This document shows, one piece after another, positions 50,441 through 62,951 of a stretch of 64,000 nt of DNA. Source of the stretch: Octopus sinensis (Eukaryota); NCBI RefSeq assembly GCF_006345805.1, contig NC_043016.1, positions 13,578,001 through 13,642,000 on the forward strand, written 5' to 3'. Both the position numbers and the translations under genes were made by a program. The notes beneath the pieces were generated by a model. The model saw only the letters and a program-made list of their open reading frames with translations. It had not been told where the DNA came from and ran no database searches. The stretch's first letter is position 1; every line of letters begins with the position of its first letter.

Positions 50441-50807
50441 GTGATAGTGAGGCCCAGCATTTAGAGTGAGTGTGAGAGCTCAAGATGATTGCCATTCATC
50501 AGGTAGTGGTGTTTTGAATACAAGTTGTGCTTTTTTGTTGTTGCATGGTTACATTGAATGATGCTCTTGAGGTCTCTGTTTATGGAATCAGTGCAGGTTT
50601 GGCATGTTGTTCAAGCTGTGTGGATGATCCTAGTCCAGGCTTAACCAAAAATTAATACTGGAGGGGTCAATTCATTTGACTAAAAAAATTGTTCAAAGTG
50701 GTACCCCAGCATGGCCACATTTGAATGACAAACAAATGATAAAAGATTAAAGATATGTTATACATATATGTATGTATTACATGTATGTGTATGTGCATCG
50801 TACGTAT

Positions 50808-51680
50808 GCATCATCATCATCATCATCGTTTAACGTCCGTTCTCCATGCTAGTATGGGTTGGATGGTTCAACCGGAGATCTGGGAAGCCAGAAGGCTGCA
50901 CCAGGCTGCGGTCTTATCTGATGTATTGTATGTATGCCTATATATGTATTGTATGTATGTGTATGTACGCATATATATGTATTGTATGTATATGTGTATG
51001 TATGCATATATATATATATGTATGTTTATGTAATGTATGTGTATGTATGTATATATGTATTGTATGTGTATGTATGCATATATGTATATTGTATGTATAT
51101 ATGCATATATGTATTGTATGTATATATGCATATATGTATTATATGTATATATGCATGTATATGCATATATATGTATTGTACGTATATGTGTATATATGTA
51201 TTATATGTATATATGCATGTATATGCATATATGTGTATTGTACGTATATGTGTATATATGCATATATGTATATATGCATGTATATAGTGTGGGTGGCACG
51301 TAAAAAGCACCCACTACACTCACGGAGTGGTTGGCGTTAGGAAGGGCATCCAGCCGTAGAAACACTGCCAGATCAGACTGGAGCCTGGTGCAGCCTTCTG
51401 GCTTCACAGACCCCAGTAGAACCGTCCAACCCATGCTAGCATGGAAAACGGACGCTAAACGATGATGATGATGATGATGATATGCATATATATGTATTGT
51501 ACGTATATGTGTATATATGCATATATATATGTATTGTATGTGCATGTATGCCTATATATGTATGTATTGTATGTGTATGTATGCATATATATATGTATTG
51601 TATGTATCTATGTATTGTATGTATATATGTATTGTATGTATATATGCATGTATATGTATTATGCACATGTATGTTTGTAT
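50808..51680. repeat. Two oppositely oriented RTE tails (50808-50920 minus, 51290-51478 plus) embedded in an (ATATGTATTGTATGT)-type minisatellite
   Basis: Directly visible inverted homology around an AT/GT-rich array. Confidence 0.85.
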
Positions 51681-53093
51681 AAACCAGTTTGAAAAAGAAA
51701 GATATGGAATCTGAAAGATCTATTTAACAGTTAGAGAGTAGTGAAGTGATAGGGACTTAATAACAACTAGAAGTTGTTAAAGGACAACCTAATAAGGAAT
51801 ACATACCAAATCTCCGGCTGTGGCAAAACTTCAGATAGGTTGAGGGTGACATGGTTCTGGGACATTCAAATAAGCGGGGATACCAAGAGATGAGCTTGGG
51901 AAGCTTGTAAAAATGAAAGCAGCAAAGTGTTATATCACGTAAGCTAGAAGGGCAGATGTGCAACAGATTTATTTAGCAAGGACAGAAGTAGGAAGGAAGG
52001 AAGTTTGCCAATGTTTTACTGAACAGAAAATATTTCAGCTCTAAATAGTTGCTGACACTATTACAAAGGCTCAGATGATACTCATCATCTTACCTCCTGC
52101 ATTTAGCTCATACCTAGAGACCACTTTTCCTTACAGCTCCCCCCCCCCCCACTCCACTGGACCTATGTCATTGTGCCTACAATGATTCTGTTATAGCTCT
52201 AAAGTTGTGAACTCGAAAGAAATAATTGCCGAGTAGTTTTGGACCTGTTTTTCAGCACTTGTAATGAAATAAGATTTTATAAACATTTGGTGAAAGACAT
52301 TGGGATCTTGCATGTGTCCAAATAGTTCCACATGTTGAATTACTGTTATCTGCTCTCATTAAACCATAACGCCCAAGCATCTGTAAAAAGGGAGATGTGT
52401 TGGCAAGCCCCAGTTGGTCCCATCTAGAAAACAGGAGAAGGGAATTGCTAGAAAAAGCATGTGGATGTGTGCATACACAAATATATACAGGTATGCACAA
52501 ATCCTTGTGAGTGAATTTAATAAACAGAAACTGAAAGAGGCCTGTCATGTACATGGCAAAAACTCTTGGATTATTGTGATGTTCTTGGTTTCTGTTTACC
52601 ATATTTGATTTGAGTCTTACCTGAAGCTCTGTCATATGTGTGTGTCTTTATGTCTGTTTGCAACTTCATAACTTAGTGTTTCATAGAATAAGTACCAGGC
52701 TTAAAAAAAAAATAAATCCTGGGGTCTATTCATTCAACTAAAAATTCTTCAAGGCAGTGCCCCAGCATGGCTGCTCTCCAATGAATGAAACCAGTAAAAG
52801 ATACAAGATGTACATGACAAGAACTCTTGCATTATAGTGATGTTCTTGGTTTCTACCAAGTTTCTGTTTACCATATTTGATTCGAGGTTTACCTGAAGCT
52901 CTGGTAGAATTTGTAATTTTGTATGTGTAAAGCAATCTTTTAAATCATAATGCCATATAGAAGTTTCTTTTGAATTGTTATTTATATTCAATGTTCAGTT
53001 TGACTTCAATTTATTTTGTTACATGTAAAATGTTATTGCAGTTATTACTTGATGATAATTTTAAATATGTGTAATCTTCCTTCTTTTTTCCAG

Positions 53094-53229
53094 TGCCTGG
53101 GTTCAAGAAGATAGCATTTATAATTATCAAGATAATAAATCTAAATACACACTTACTAGTAGAATTCCAAGAGGCTACAATGTCGCTATTGAAGCCATAG
53201 AAGATGTTATAAAAGCTATGCCTTCTCAG
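53094..53229 (+). CDS. GLYR1: GLYR1-like exon 4: AWVQEDSIYNYQDNKSKYTLTSRIPRGYNVAIEAIEDVIKAMPSQ
   Basis: ttcttttttccag|T...CAG|gtaagt; 136 nt, phase 2 to 0; completes the PWWP fold (AWV..I..Y, C-terminal helix AIEAIE). Confidence 0.88.
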
Positions 53230-53252
53230 GTAAGTAGATGCATTGCCAAATC

Positions 53253-53481
53253 TTAATCCTTTCACATTCAGATTACTCTGCTAAATGTAATGCTTATTTA
53301 TTCACATTGTTCCAAATTAATCCAGAATTATTTCTTAGTGGCAAGATTTTGATGATGTGATTGTTTATTTTTAGAAGGACAGTGTAGGGTCAGTGTGAGA
53401 GGCTGGATCTGGCCTGTTTGAATAAAGAACAGGGGAGAATAAGTGGGCCTGATATGGCTGGCTTAAATGCTAAATGGTTAA
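53253..53481. mobile_element. piggyBac-like MITE (TTAA-bounded)
   Basis: TTAA(T)CCTTT...AATGCTAAATGGTTAA; related copies or fragments at 59650-59850, 60360-60470 and 21985-22030. Confidence 0.6.
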
Positions 53482-55412
53482 ATGGCTGTAGAATTAAAAT
53501 TTTAACAACATGATCAAGTTACTTACAGACAAGTACAACGCTGAAACATAGATTCTGTTTTATAGTGGTCACTTAGCAACCACATGGTTCTGGGTTCAGT
53601 CCCACTACATGGCACCTTGGACAAGTGCCTTCTACTATAGCCTCAGGCCGACCAAAGCCTATTGAGTGGATTTGGTAGACGGAAATAGAAAGAAGCCCGT
53701 TGTACATATATATATATATATCACGTGACCGACCAGTCCATCAGATGTTGTTACACATCGCTGGTCACGATGTGTTCGCATTGTTTTAGCCTTCGAATAA
53801 CGCCACCCCACTGGCTAAGCGAGCAGGCCAACAGAAGAAAGAGTGGGAGAAAGAGTGGTGAAAGAGTACAGCAGGGATCACCACCCCCTGCCGGAGCCTC
53901 GTGGAGCTTTTAGGTGTTTTCGCTCAATAAACACTCACAACGCCCAGTCTGGGAATCGAAACCGCAATCCTGCGACCGCGAGTCCGCTGCCCTAACCACT
54001 AGGCCATATATATATATGAGTGTCTCTGTGTTTGTTGCCCCCAGCCCCATCATCGCTTGACAACTGATGTTGGTGTGTCCCCCTAACTTAGCGGTTCGGC
54101 AAAAGATACCGATTGAATAAGTACTAGGCTTACAAAGAATAAGTCTAGGGGTTGATTTGTTCGACTAAAGGCAGTGCTCCAGCATGGCTACAGTCAAATG
54201 ACTGAAATAAAAGAATTACTTAGATTTATTATAACTTTTAAGATCTTTTTACTGACATCTCCAGTTTCTGGCAAAAGTAATTTGAACTTTTTCATTTCTC
54301 AGTAGAATATTCTGGAGGTTTTTTTGATAGTTGTGTCATTGGTTCTTTATAGCTATAATGTTGCTGTCTTTGATGGTACTTTAGCTTCACTAATATCATT
54401 ATTGATATTTTCATAATTTGTTTCGTTTAAAAAAATCATTATTAACTCTATGTACAGTGAGACTTAAATAATTTGCATATTTATTGTTTATACACTCTAA
54501 CCGGTCATCATCTAACACAAAATCACCCTCCCCTCTCAAAGATTCCTTGTCTTGCAAGTTACTTGGTGACCCTATCAGTGCAGGTGCCACTTAAAATGCA
54601 TCCAGTCCACACTGTAAAGTGGTTGGCATTTGGAAGGACATCCAGCTGTGAAAACCATACCAAAACTGACCTTGCCTGTGATGGTGCCATATAAAAAGCA
54701 CTTGGTCCACTCTGTGGGGTGGTTGATGTTAGAAAGGGTATCCAACCATAAAAACCCTGCCAAAACAGACAAAATAGCCTGGAGTAGTCTTCTACTTGGT
54801 CAGCTCCTGTGAAACTGTTGTATGCATGGCTAGCAGATGTTAAACGATGATGATGAATTTGGTAGATTTAAACACAAATACGCTCGTCACTGTTGTGTGT
54901 GTCACAGGACAATATCTCCCTTTTATGACCATAATGTGATCATAACACACTCCGCTCATTGGCTCAAGGGATCCTGGGACATTGATGTTTCATATGTTGT
55001 TTAGACTTAAAAGTTGCAGCTGACAAGACACATCTTGAAACACCAGTGTCCCAGAATCCCTTGCACCTGTGAGTCAAGTGTGTTATGAACATATTGTGAA
55101 GAAAGGGATTGTCCTCTTATGATGCAGGTAACAGTGACTAGTGTAGCTACTTTCAAATCTGCTGGAATGCAATAATCACCATCATCATCATTTAACATCC
55201 ATTTTCCATTCTGGCATGGGTGGAATGGTTTGACAGGAACTGCACAAGGTTCCAAAGTCTGTTTTGGCTTAGTTTCTGTAGCTGAATACTCTTCCTAACA
55301 CCAACCACTTTTCAGTGAGTGTACTGGGTGCTTTTTACATGGCACCACCTTTTTTCATTTCTCAGTTGAATATTCTGAAGGGTTTTTTCATAGTTGTTTC
55401 AATGTCCCTTAA

Positions 55413-56786
55413 CCCTTTCGTTACTATATTTCTGACCAAAATACACCCCTCATGAGTTTCAATTAAATTCTAAAATAATCATGAATTTAGGCTTGTTTCA
55501 TTAAATAACTCTAACTTTTTTACTTATCAACATATTAATGTGATATTTGGAACATAATTAAAGAAAGGGTTCTTAATCAATTCTATTGCATAACTTTTGT
55601 CTCTAAGTGACTTTAATTACAGGTAAATCCAGGTAAATTGAGCAAAAGCTTAAAATATAAAAATTTTGTTTAAACATCACCATAGAAAATGAATCATCAG
55701 CTAATATTCAAATGGGTATGCAACAAAATTTTGATAAAGAAGAATTGTGCACATCACTAGATCATCAGTTGAATTTAATGCACAACAGGTGTACCATAAA
55801 GGTGGAATAAACTGAAATCCACCGCAAGTTTTACCGAACTAAAGAAAGCGGTCAAAAAATAATATACGGCCATGGTTATGGTATGGAAGTGATAAATTCC
55901 AGACCACATCGTTCCCTAACATTGAATAATGCTGACTAACATTATTTTCTCTGTATAAAAACTAAATCCACAGCAGTACCCAGTATTTACTTCACAAATT
56001 TTCCGAAATTTGATCCCCCATTTTGTGTTTTGTTTACATTCTGCGTAAATTTGTTTCCGCATTGATCGCTTCAAACAATAACTTCCAGACCACATTGTAC
56101 CCTAAACCATGCTGACTAACATCAGTTTCCCTGTATAAAAACTAAATCCACGACAGTACCCAGTATTTACTTCACAAATTTTCCAAACTTTTGTGTTTGT
56201 TTACAATCTGCGTAAATTTGTTTCCGAAGTGATCGCTTCAAACTAGCATACTGAAAAAAATAAAAGTCTAACGGTTTCGCTTCCTAAGAAAAACTATAGA
56301 TACACTATCTCCCCAGAAAAATTGCTAATAAAAACATTTTAAAGTTTTTTTACTTCATTCCGATGTTGCTGTCGCCATCGCTGCTTTCATTTTCGGATAA
56401 AAAAATATCATTCATTATTTTGTACACCACGTGCTTTAGTACCTATTTCATTCTTTTTCTCGATATCTCCCTATTTTCCGTTGAAAAAGCTTTAAATTCG
56501 GAATCAATGCTTGATAACATGAAACTCCTATCCCTTTTCAAAGTTGAAGAAAAATCAATGCCGAAAAAAATGTGGAAAAAAATCTCCCAAAATTCACTGA
56601 GTTGAGATATCACTTCAAGCAATGTCGGATACTATAACTTAACTATTTACAATGTGAAATCATATGTTTTAACGAATGTACCAACGAGATTTGGGTTCAA
56701 ATTTACATTTAAATAACAATAGGTTCTCACGACCGGGTTGGTATTATGAACCAAAAAATTTTTCGGCCGGGTTAGTAATGAAAGGG
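55413..56786. mobile_element. Non-autonomous piggyBac element, 1374 bp, TTAA TSD
   Basis: TTAA|CCCTTTCGTTACTA ... TAGTAATGAAAGGG|TTAA (14-bp TIR, 1 mismatch); internal ~140-bp direct repeat (55930-56075 and 56110-56242); no transposase ORF recognised. Confidence 0.88.
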
Positions 56787-57014
56787 TTAATAGCTGTAAT
56801 GTTGCTGTTTTTGAAGGTATGGCACTAGCACTGGTAATTTTAGGGTTTGGGGGGATGAAAAAGGTTGATGGGGTTGAGTCTTTCATGGACATGCATTACC
56901 AAGGTGGTTTTAGGATATCAGTTGTGATGAGCGAGTCTAGAGTACAATAATGCACCATATATCTCTGTCCTTTATAAGGCTCAGCATCTTGAGATTGGCT
57001 TTCAGTCTTCCTGG

Positions 57015-57399
57015 ACGTTATCAAAGAAGCTTGAGAGGCGGTTGGATGGAACCTACACTCGCCTCCTTATGAGAGCTCAAAATCTCTCGTAGAAGCATCA
57101 TCCAACCAAAATGCAAATATATGGGAAACTACCACCTGTGTCATCTCTTGTGAAAGGTAGAAGAGTCCAGTTTGCTGGATATTGTTGTAGAGCTGAAAAC
57201 GAGGCAATTTCTACTCTTCTCCTCTGGAAGCCATCTACTCGCAATGCCAGAGGGCGCACACTCTCCTACCCTGATGTAATCTCCAGGGATACAGGCATCC
57301 AGCAACAGGACCTCCGTAATGCTATGATGGACTGTGAAGTCTGGCATAGCATGGTAAATTCCATTGTCTCGACCACGGTCAAACAATGATGATGATGAT
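57015..57399 (+). mobile_element. 5'-truncated RTE-clade LINE of a second family with 10-bp TSD
   Basis: LERRLDGTYTRLLMRAQNLS...RRVQFAGYCCR...LLLWKP...RGRTLSYPDVISRDTG; (TGA)n tail; GTCTTCCTGG at 57005-57014 and 57400-57409. Confidence 0.88.
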
Positions 57400-59300
57400 G
57401 TCTTCCTGGGTCTCCCTCTTCCACAGTTTCTGTAACAATAAAATAGCTATTTACAAACCAATAAAGAAACTTCTGCATGATCATTCAATCTGCTAGAAAT
57501 GTCAAAACCACCCTGAAATTACACCTTGCTGTGTTAAAAAAGAAGGGATACTTTGGATAATGTTGTTCTAAATAAAAGCTAGTTGATCATGGCTGGCATA
57601 TCTTAGCTCATAAGGATGGCTTAAAGAAGGCTGATGTGGGTATGAACAACAACAGGTATACGTGACTATGATTGGCTGGATTATTCAGTTTTGTATGACA
57701 GTTTGAAACTGGCTATCAGTGGAAATGAGCATTTGTCAGTGGAGTACTCCTTTTTAAGTATAATGAAAGTTCCTAATAGTTGAATACCTTAAAAAAAAAA
57801 CAATGTTACTTAGTATTTAGCACTTTTTGTTGTATATAACAATCCACTTACTATTTTTATCTGAAACCTTATAAAGGGCTGAAGCTTTTCCTACATCTAT
57901 CCACTAATGTAGACTACATTGTAATGTATATAAATGTTTTTCATGTGTGTTGTAATAAGGTAGGTTAAATTTAAATCTCTGTTGGAAATTATTTATGGAC
58001 ATTATTTTGAAATAAAAGTTTTAAATGGAGTTTGTTCCTAAAGGAATATTTTTATTAAAAAAATTCTTATTAATAGATTATAAAGCAAAGGAGTTCATAG
58101 TTTATCTTGGAAATAGTTTGCATTTGGCATCAGTTCCATGTAAAAGACACTGGTGATGGTGCCACATAAAATGCACCCAATATATTCCGTAAAGTGGCTG
58201 GTGTTAAGGACATCCAGTCGTAAAAACCAAACCAAAACAGACTATGGAACCTGGTACAAACCCTAGTCTTGTCAGCTCCTGTCAAACCATCCAACCCATG
58301 CTGGTATGGAAAATAGATGTTAAATGGTGATGATGATTCTGCGGCTGCCACCAATTTACTTCAATGAGTGACAAAAATAGATATTTTATAGCATATGAAT
58401 CAATCTTTCTAAATCAAATTAGGTATTAATTATCTGTTACTAGCTGACTCAGCGCTGTCAAAAATGATGGCCAATTGTAGTATTTTATATGTAAAAAGGA
58501 TACAAAAAGGTGAAAAACAAAAATCAAACTGCTTCAACTCTGTGTGTGTATGTATAGATTTATATGTATGGGTAGCACAGTCTGTAGTGAATGCAGTTTT
58601 CTATACTCTGTCGCAGCCTGCTTCCTACCTTTTTAAGTCTGTCTGTTTATATGTTTGTATGTATGTGTAAATGCGTATGTGTCTGTAATTCTATTTTTCT
58701 ATGTATCTTTCTAAATAAACATACACAAACATATACACTCAAATATATAAATATATTTTACACACACACACACACACACATTCACATTCCTTCCTTTTTC
58801 ACTCACACACAGTTGAAGTGCTGTTTGATTTTTGTTTCACTGACTTTTCATCATCCTCCTTCCATCGGTGGATCACCCCTTCCTTTCTCATATATTTTGA
58901 TGGAGAAATACACAAGAGTATTATTATAGTCGAAGATACACGACGCCTCTCTTTGCCACTTCCTCTCTCTCACTACTTCTCCTTCACTGAATTACTATTT
59001 TCTCTCCTCTCTCTTCACCATTGACTATTATTGTGTGATTTTGGACAAATGTGTGAAAATAAATAGAATAATTATTGAACAGCCTAAAAGTAAGATAATT
59101 TACCCTTTTGATATGAATCTTGAAATTGCCACTAGTTTTAATCAAACAAAACCTGTCATTTTAAAGTGTTTATTATCAATTTAAAATGTTACCTTTTAAG
59201 TGAGAATATTTTGTTAAACTATTTTCCAAAATATCATTTTTCTAATGAAGATAGAAAAGTTCATAATTCTTGATTATTTTCCAAATTGTAACCTATGGAT

Positions 59301-59512
59301 CAACAGTTCTCAACCACGACTCACAGGGCTGCATGTGGCCCTCAAGCATCCTTCCAGCGGCCCCCTACAGTTTTCCACTATGAATATAATTTTCCTTCAA
59401 TTTAATTGTTTTACTTTTTTTTTTGTTACTTCACACACACACCGGGGCCAGAAAAATCCAGGTTTTGGATCTACCCCAGATCCCATATATTAAAAAAGGT
59501 TGGGAACCACTG
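59301..59512. mobile_element. Old hAT-type MITE
   Basis: CAACAGTTCTCAACC ... GGTTGGGAACCACTG termini; degenerate 8-bp TSD CTATGGAT/TTATAGAT. Confidence 0.6.
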
Positions 59513-60475
59513 TTATAGATAGTATATTTCATTAGAAATATGATCACATGGAGATTATAAGTAATTATATGACTTACAATATCAGTTTTGGTTGTGTATG
59601 GATTTTCATGAGCTCTAGCACAAATCCTACCTTCAGGTTGAAGACATGAAACTTCAGATTATTCTGTCAAATGTAATGCTTATTTATTCACATTGTTTTG
59701 AATTAATCATGCATTAACTCATAGCTTTGAGATTTCAATGATGTGATTATTTATTTATAGAAAGTGAGAGGCCAGATCTAGTCAGTTTAAGCATAGAATG
59801 AGTAGAATATTTGGGATGGATATGGCTAGATAAAATGCTAAAGGGTTAAAACTGATTTTGGGGAAGGCCTGATTTCAGTAATGTCACTGGAGAAATTTGG
59901 AACTTAGAAAAGGAAATATAATGATTGAGATGGCATTGAGGATAAGCACTACAGTCACTCATCAAGCTGCTATAAAAGTTTTAGTCAGTGAGTTAGATGT
60001 AAGATTAAATTTATATATGGTAAACCAAGCTAGTTATCTGTTAATCCAGGTTTACTGTGTAAAGTTATATTGTTATGGTTTAGAGATTATTCCAGTTGTG
60101 AAATTCAAATGTAGGATACAGACTGTTAAAATTACTCGAAAACTTGACTAGAAATTGAATAATTATCTTCAGAAATGTAATTTATGAAATATAGACATTG
60201 CGATAAAGGATAATAGGTAGTAAGGGTGTCCTTGTTAGAGGCATATCAAGTAGAAAATGTGGACACAATGTATTTGACCTTGGAGAGATAAATGGTGATA
60301 CTGCAACCCACATCAACAAAAACAAAAAGTTAATTTTGGAGAGATAGAAAACTCTTTTTCACCCTTTAGCATCATTTAAACTTAGCCATATCAGGCCAAA
60401 ATAGTCTGTTTTATGTTCAAACCAGCCACATCTGGCCTCTTGCACCTACTCTAAAATATTATTCTAAAAATAAAC

Positions 60476-60645
60476 AGGCGCAGGAGTGGCTGTGTGGTAA
60501 GTAGCTTGCTAACCAACCACATGGTTCCGGGTTCAGTCCCACTGCGTGGCATCTTGGGAAAGTGTCTTCTGCTATAGCCCCGGGCTGACCAATGCCTTGT
60601 GAGTGGATTTGGTAGACGGAACTGAAAGAAGCCTGTCGTATATAT

Positions 60646-60678
<33 letters not shown>

Positions 60679-60893
60679 CGTGTGTGTGTCTGTGTTTGTC
60701 CCCCTAGCATTGCTTGACAACCGATGCTGGTGTGTTTATGTCCCCGTCACTTAGTGGTTCGGCAAAAGAGACCGATAGAATAAGTACTGGGCTTACAAAG
60801 AATAAGTCCCGGGGTCGATTTGCTCGACTAAAGGCAGTGCTCCAGCATGGCCACAGTCAAATGACTGAAACAAGTAAAAGAGTAAGAGTAAGT
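60476..60893 (+). mobile_element. Full-length SINE family B
   Basis: GGCGCAGGAGTGGCTGTGTGGTA (A box), GGGTTCAGTCCC (B box), CORE-like domain, internal (TA)n(TG)n, (AGAGTA)n tail. Confidence 0.88.
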
Positions 60894-61277
60894 AGCATCA
60901 TCAAAACCTTGAAGCTACAAAATGACGTATAATTAACTTAAAACAATGAATATATGTTGATGAATTTGTGTTGCAAGATCCCTGATATGAGACCGTGTGT
61001 TGAAACAGATATTGTATTTTGGGATGGTCATATTTTTTCTCCCCTTTTTTATTCTTTTTTTTTTTTTGCCAAATAAACACACGCACTATATATTCGTTCA
61101 CTTGTTTATTACTGTTCCTATTCTAACTCATGTCCATTGTCTAGAAATCTTTCATCACACATCTGTGACCTCTTCAGTGACACTTTCTGTCTTTGTGTAC
61201 GCTCCTGCTCCACTTATGCCATTCATGAATATATAAGTGTTACACATGACAGTAATCTTAATGCTAAAGGTTTAAAT

Positions 61278-61577
61278 CAATGTTCTCAGCCTGGGTCCAT
61301 ATAAGATTTTTGGGGCTTCACACAAGCAAAATAATAAATTGGGAATCCACAATAGTATTTTAAATGTCCCTGAAAATTTTTTGCTTTAGATGCGTTTTCT
61401 TTCTCTGACATTTTACATAGTTCACCCTACACAAGTTAATGTACGAAAAAACAAAATAGAAAGTTTGAAAGATGTTTCTATAAAACTAGTTTTTAAACAT
61501 CAAATGGCTTTGAAGGTCCACCAGAATAAAATAGTAATCAAAGGGGTCCAGAGATGAAAAATGGTTGAGAACCCCTG
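61278..61577. mobile_element. hAT-type MITE with perfect 8-bp TSD GTTTAAAT
   Basis: GTTTAAAT|CAATGTTCTCAGCC ... GGTTGAGAACCCCTG|GTTTAAAT. Confidence 0.8.
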
Positions 61578-61894
61578 GTTTAAATATTTAAACTGGAAAA
61601 TGCTGTTAATTCCATAACTACAATCCAACTTCATATGTATGTGATGCTTAAAGGTGAATGAAAATTACTCTATACTTTTGAATGACAAAATATTGTATAT
61701 GTAACAGAAATAATTGCATATTTGGAAATACGTAATATTACTGTGCATCAGAAATAATTGCCGACATAGTTTTATAAAATACATTTGTATTTTTTATAAA
61801 AACCTTAATTCCTGAGATAACACAGAATTTGTTATTGCTTAGTGTAATTTCTGTTTTGAATTCAGCTATGTTTTTCATCTTTTATTTATCCTAG

Positions 61895-62017
61895 GTACCA
61901 GTTAAAACATCTGATTTGCCTACGATAGATGAAGAACTGGCTCAGATATTCCCAAACAGGTCTTCTTCATCAGGACCACACAAAGATTATACTAGGGAGC
62001 CTTTATCTGGAAAAAAG
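61895..62017 (+). CDS. GLYR1: GLYR1-like exon 5 (post-PWWP linker): VPVKTSDLPTIDEELAQIFPNRSSSSGPHKDYTREPLSGKK
   Basis: ttttatttatcctag|GTA...AAG|gtaaaa; 123 nt, open, phase 0 to 0, consistent with exon 4; no family-diagnostic motif. Confidence 0.65.
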
Positions 62018-62951
62018 GTAAAAATGGAAATACAAATTACAGTTATTGTCATCTGTTCTACTTCTTTTTAATGGTTTTTGCTAAAGTTTGAATTCAAAAC
62101 AAAGTGTTCAGAACTTTGACTACACAATTTCTGTTTCACTGAAAGCTTACAAAGCAATTACATAATACTACTGAGTGTAGATATGGCCTTGCCTTAAGAA
62201 GTTTGCTTTGCATCCATTTGGTTCTGCAGCACACTGGACAGGGGTCTTCTACTATAGCCTTTGGCACCAGGAAAAACGGTATCATAAGTGGATAGATGGA
62301 AATTATATGAATGCCTGTAATGTGTGAATGTTGACATTAACTGTGTTTGCCAATTTAGTATTGTTCTTTGGTTTCCATTGTCTGCACATGAGAAAATGCA
62401 GTAGTTCCTTCTTAGGTAGAGTTTGCTAAACTAGAAAGAAACTATGTGGAAGATTTAAGTAAAAGACAACTGGCATAATAGTTCTGAGGTAAAAATTGAT
62501 TACTGGTTTTCTTACTAATACATTTTTTTTTTCTTTCTCTAATTTCAACTTACACCCATTTATTTTGTCTTTTGCTAGGAAAAAGATCCAAACCTTCATA
62601 AATTAATGCATAAGTATTCAACAGTTTTACTATAATCACATTAAATGTATGAGAGGTGCAGCCATTGCAAAGTTGCTTGTTTAGTTCCAACAAAAAGTTG
62701 GAGCCACCCTCATCACCTGGCACTGTTGTTGCTTTTGATAAAATTGCCACCTTAATTTGGGACATTTAGTTTTCATACGAACCATCTAATTTATAAATGG
62801 TGATTTCTGTCTGTTATCAACTTAGTGCCTAAATCAGTGAACCAATATTCACGAAACTTTGCATACATGTTACATTAAGATCCAGTTCAATAATAGGTTA
62901 ATTAGATTTCAATAAAAATCTATAATGTGCCCTCCCAGGGGTATTAGGAAT

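Noticed and set aside
60965-61025. CTGATATGA-GAC...GTT-GAAAC hammerhead-like string
   Set aside because: The core has a 2-nt insertion and stem I needs a 4-nt gap; too weak to call.
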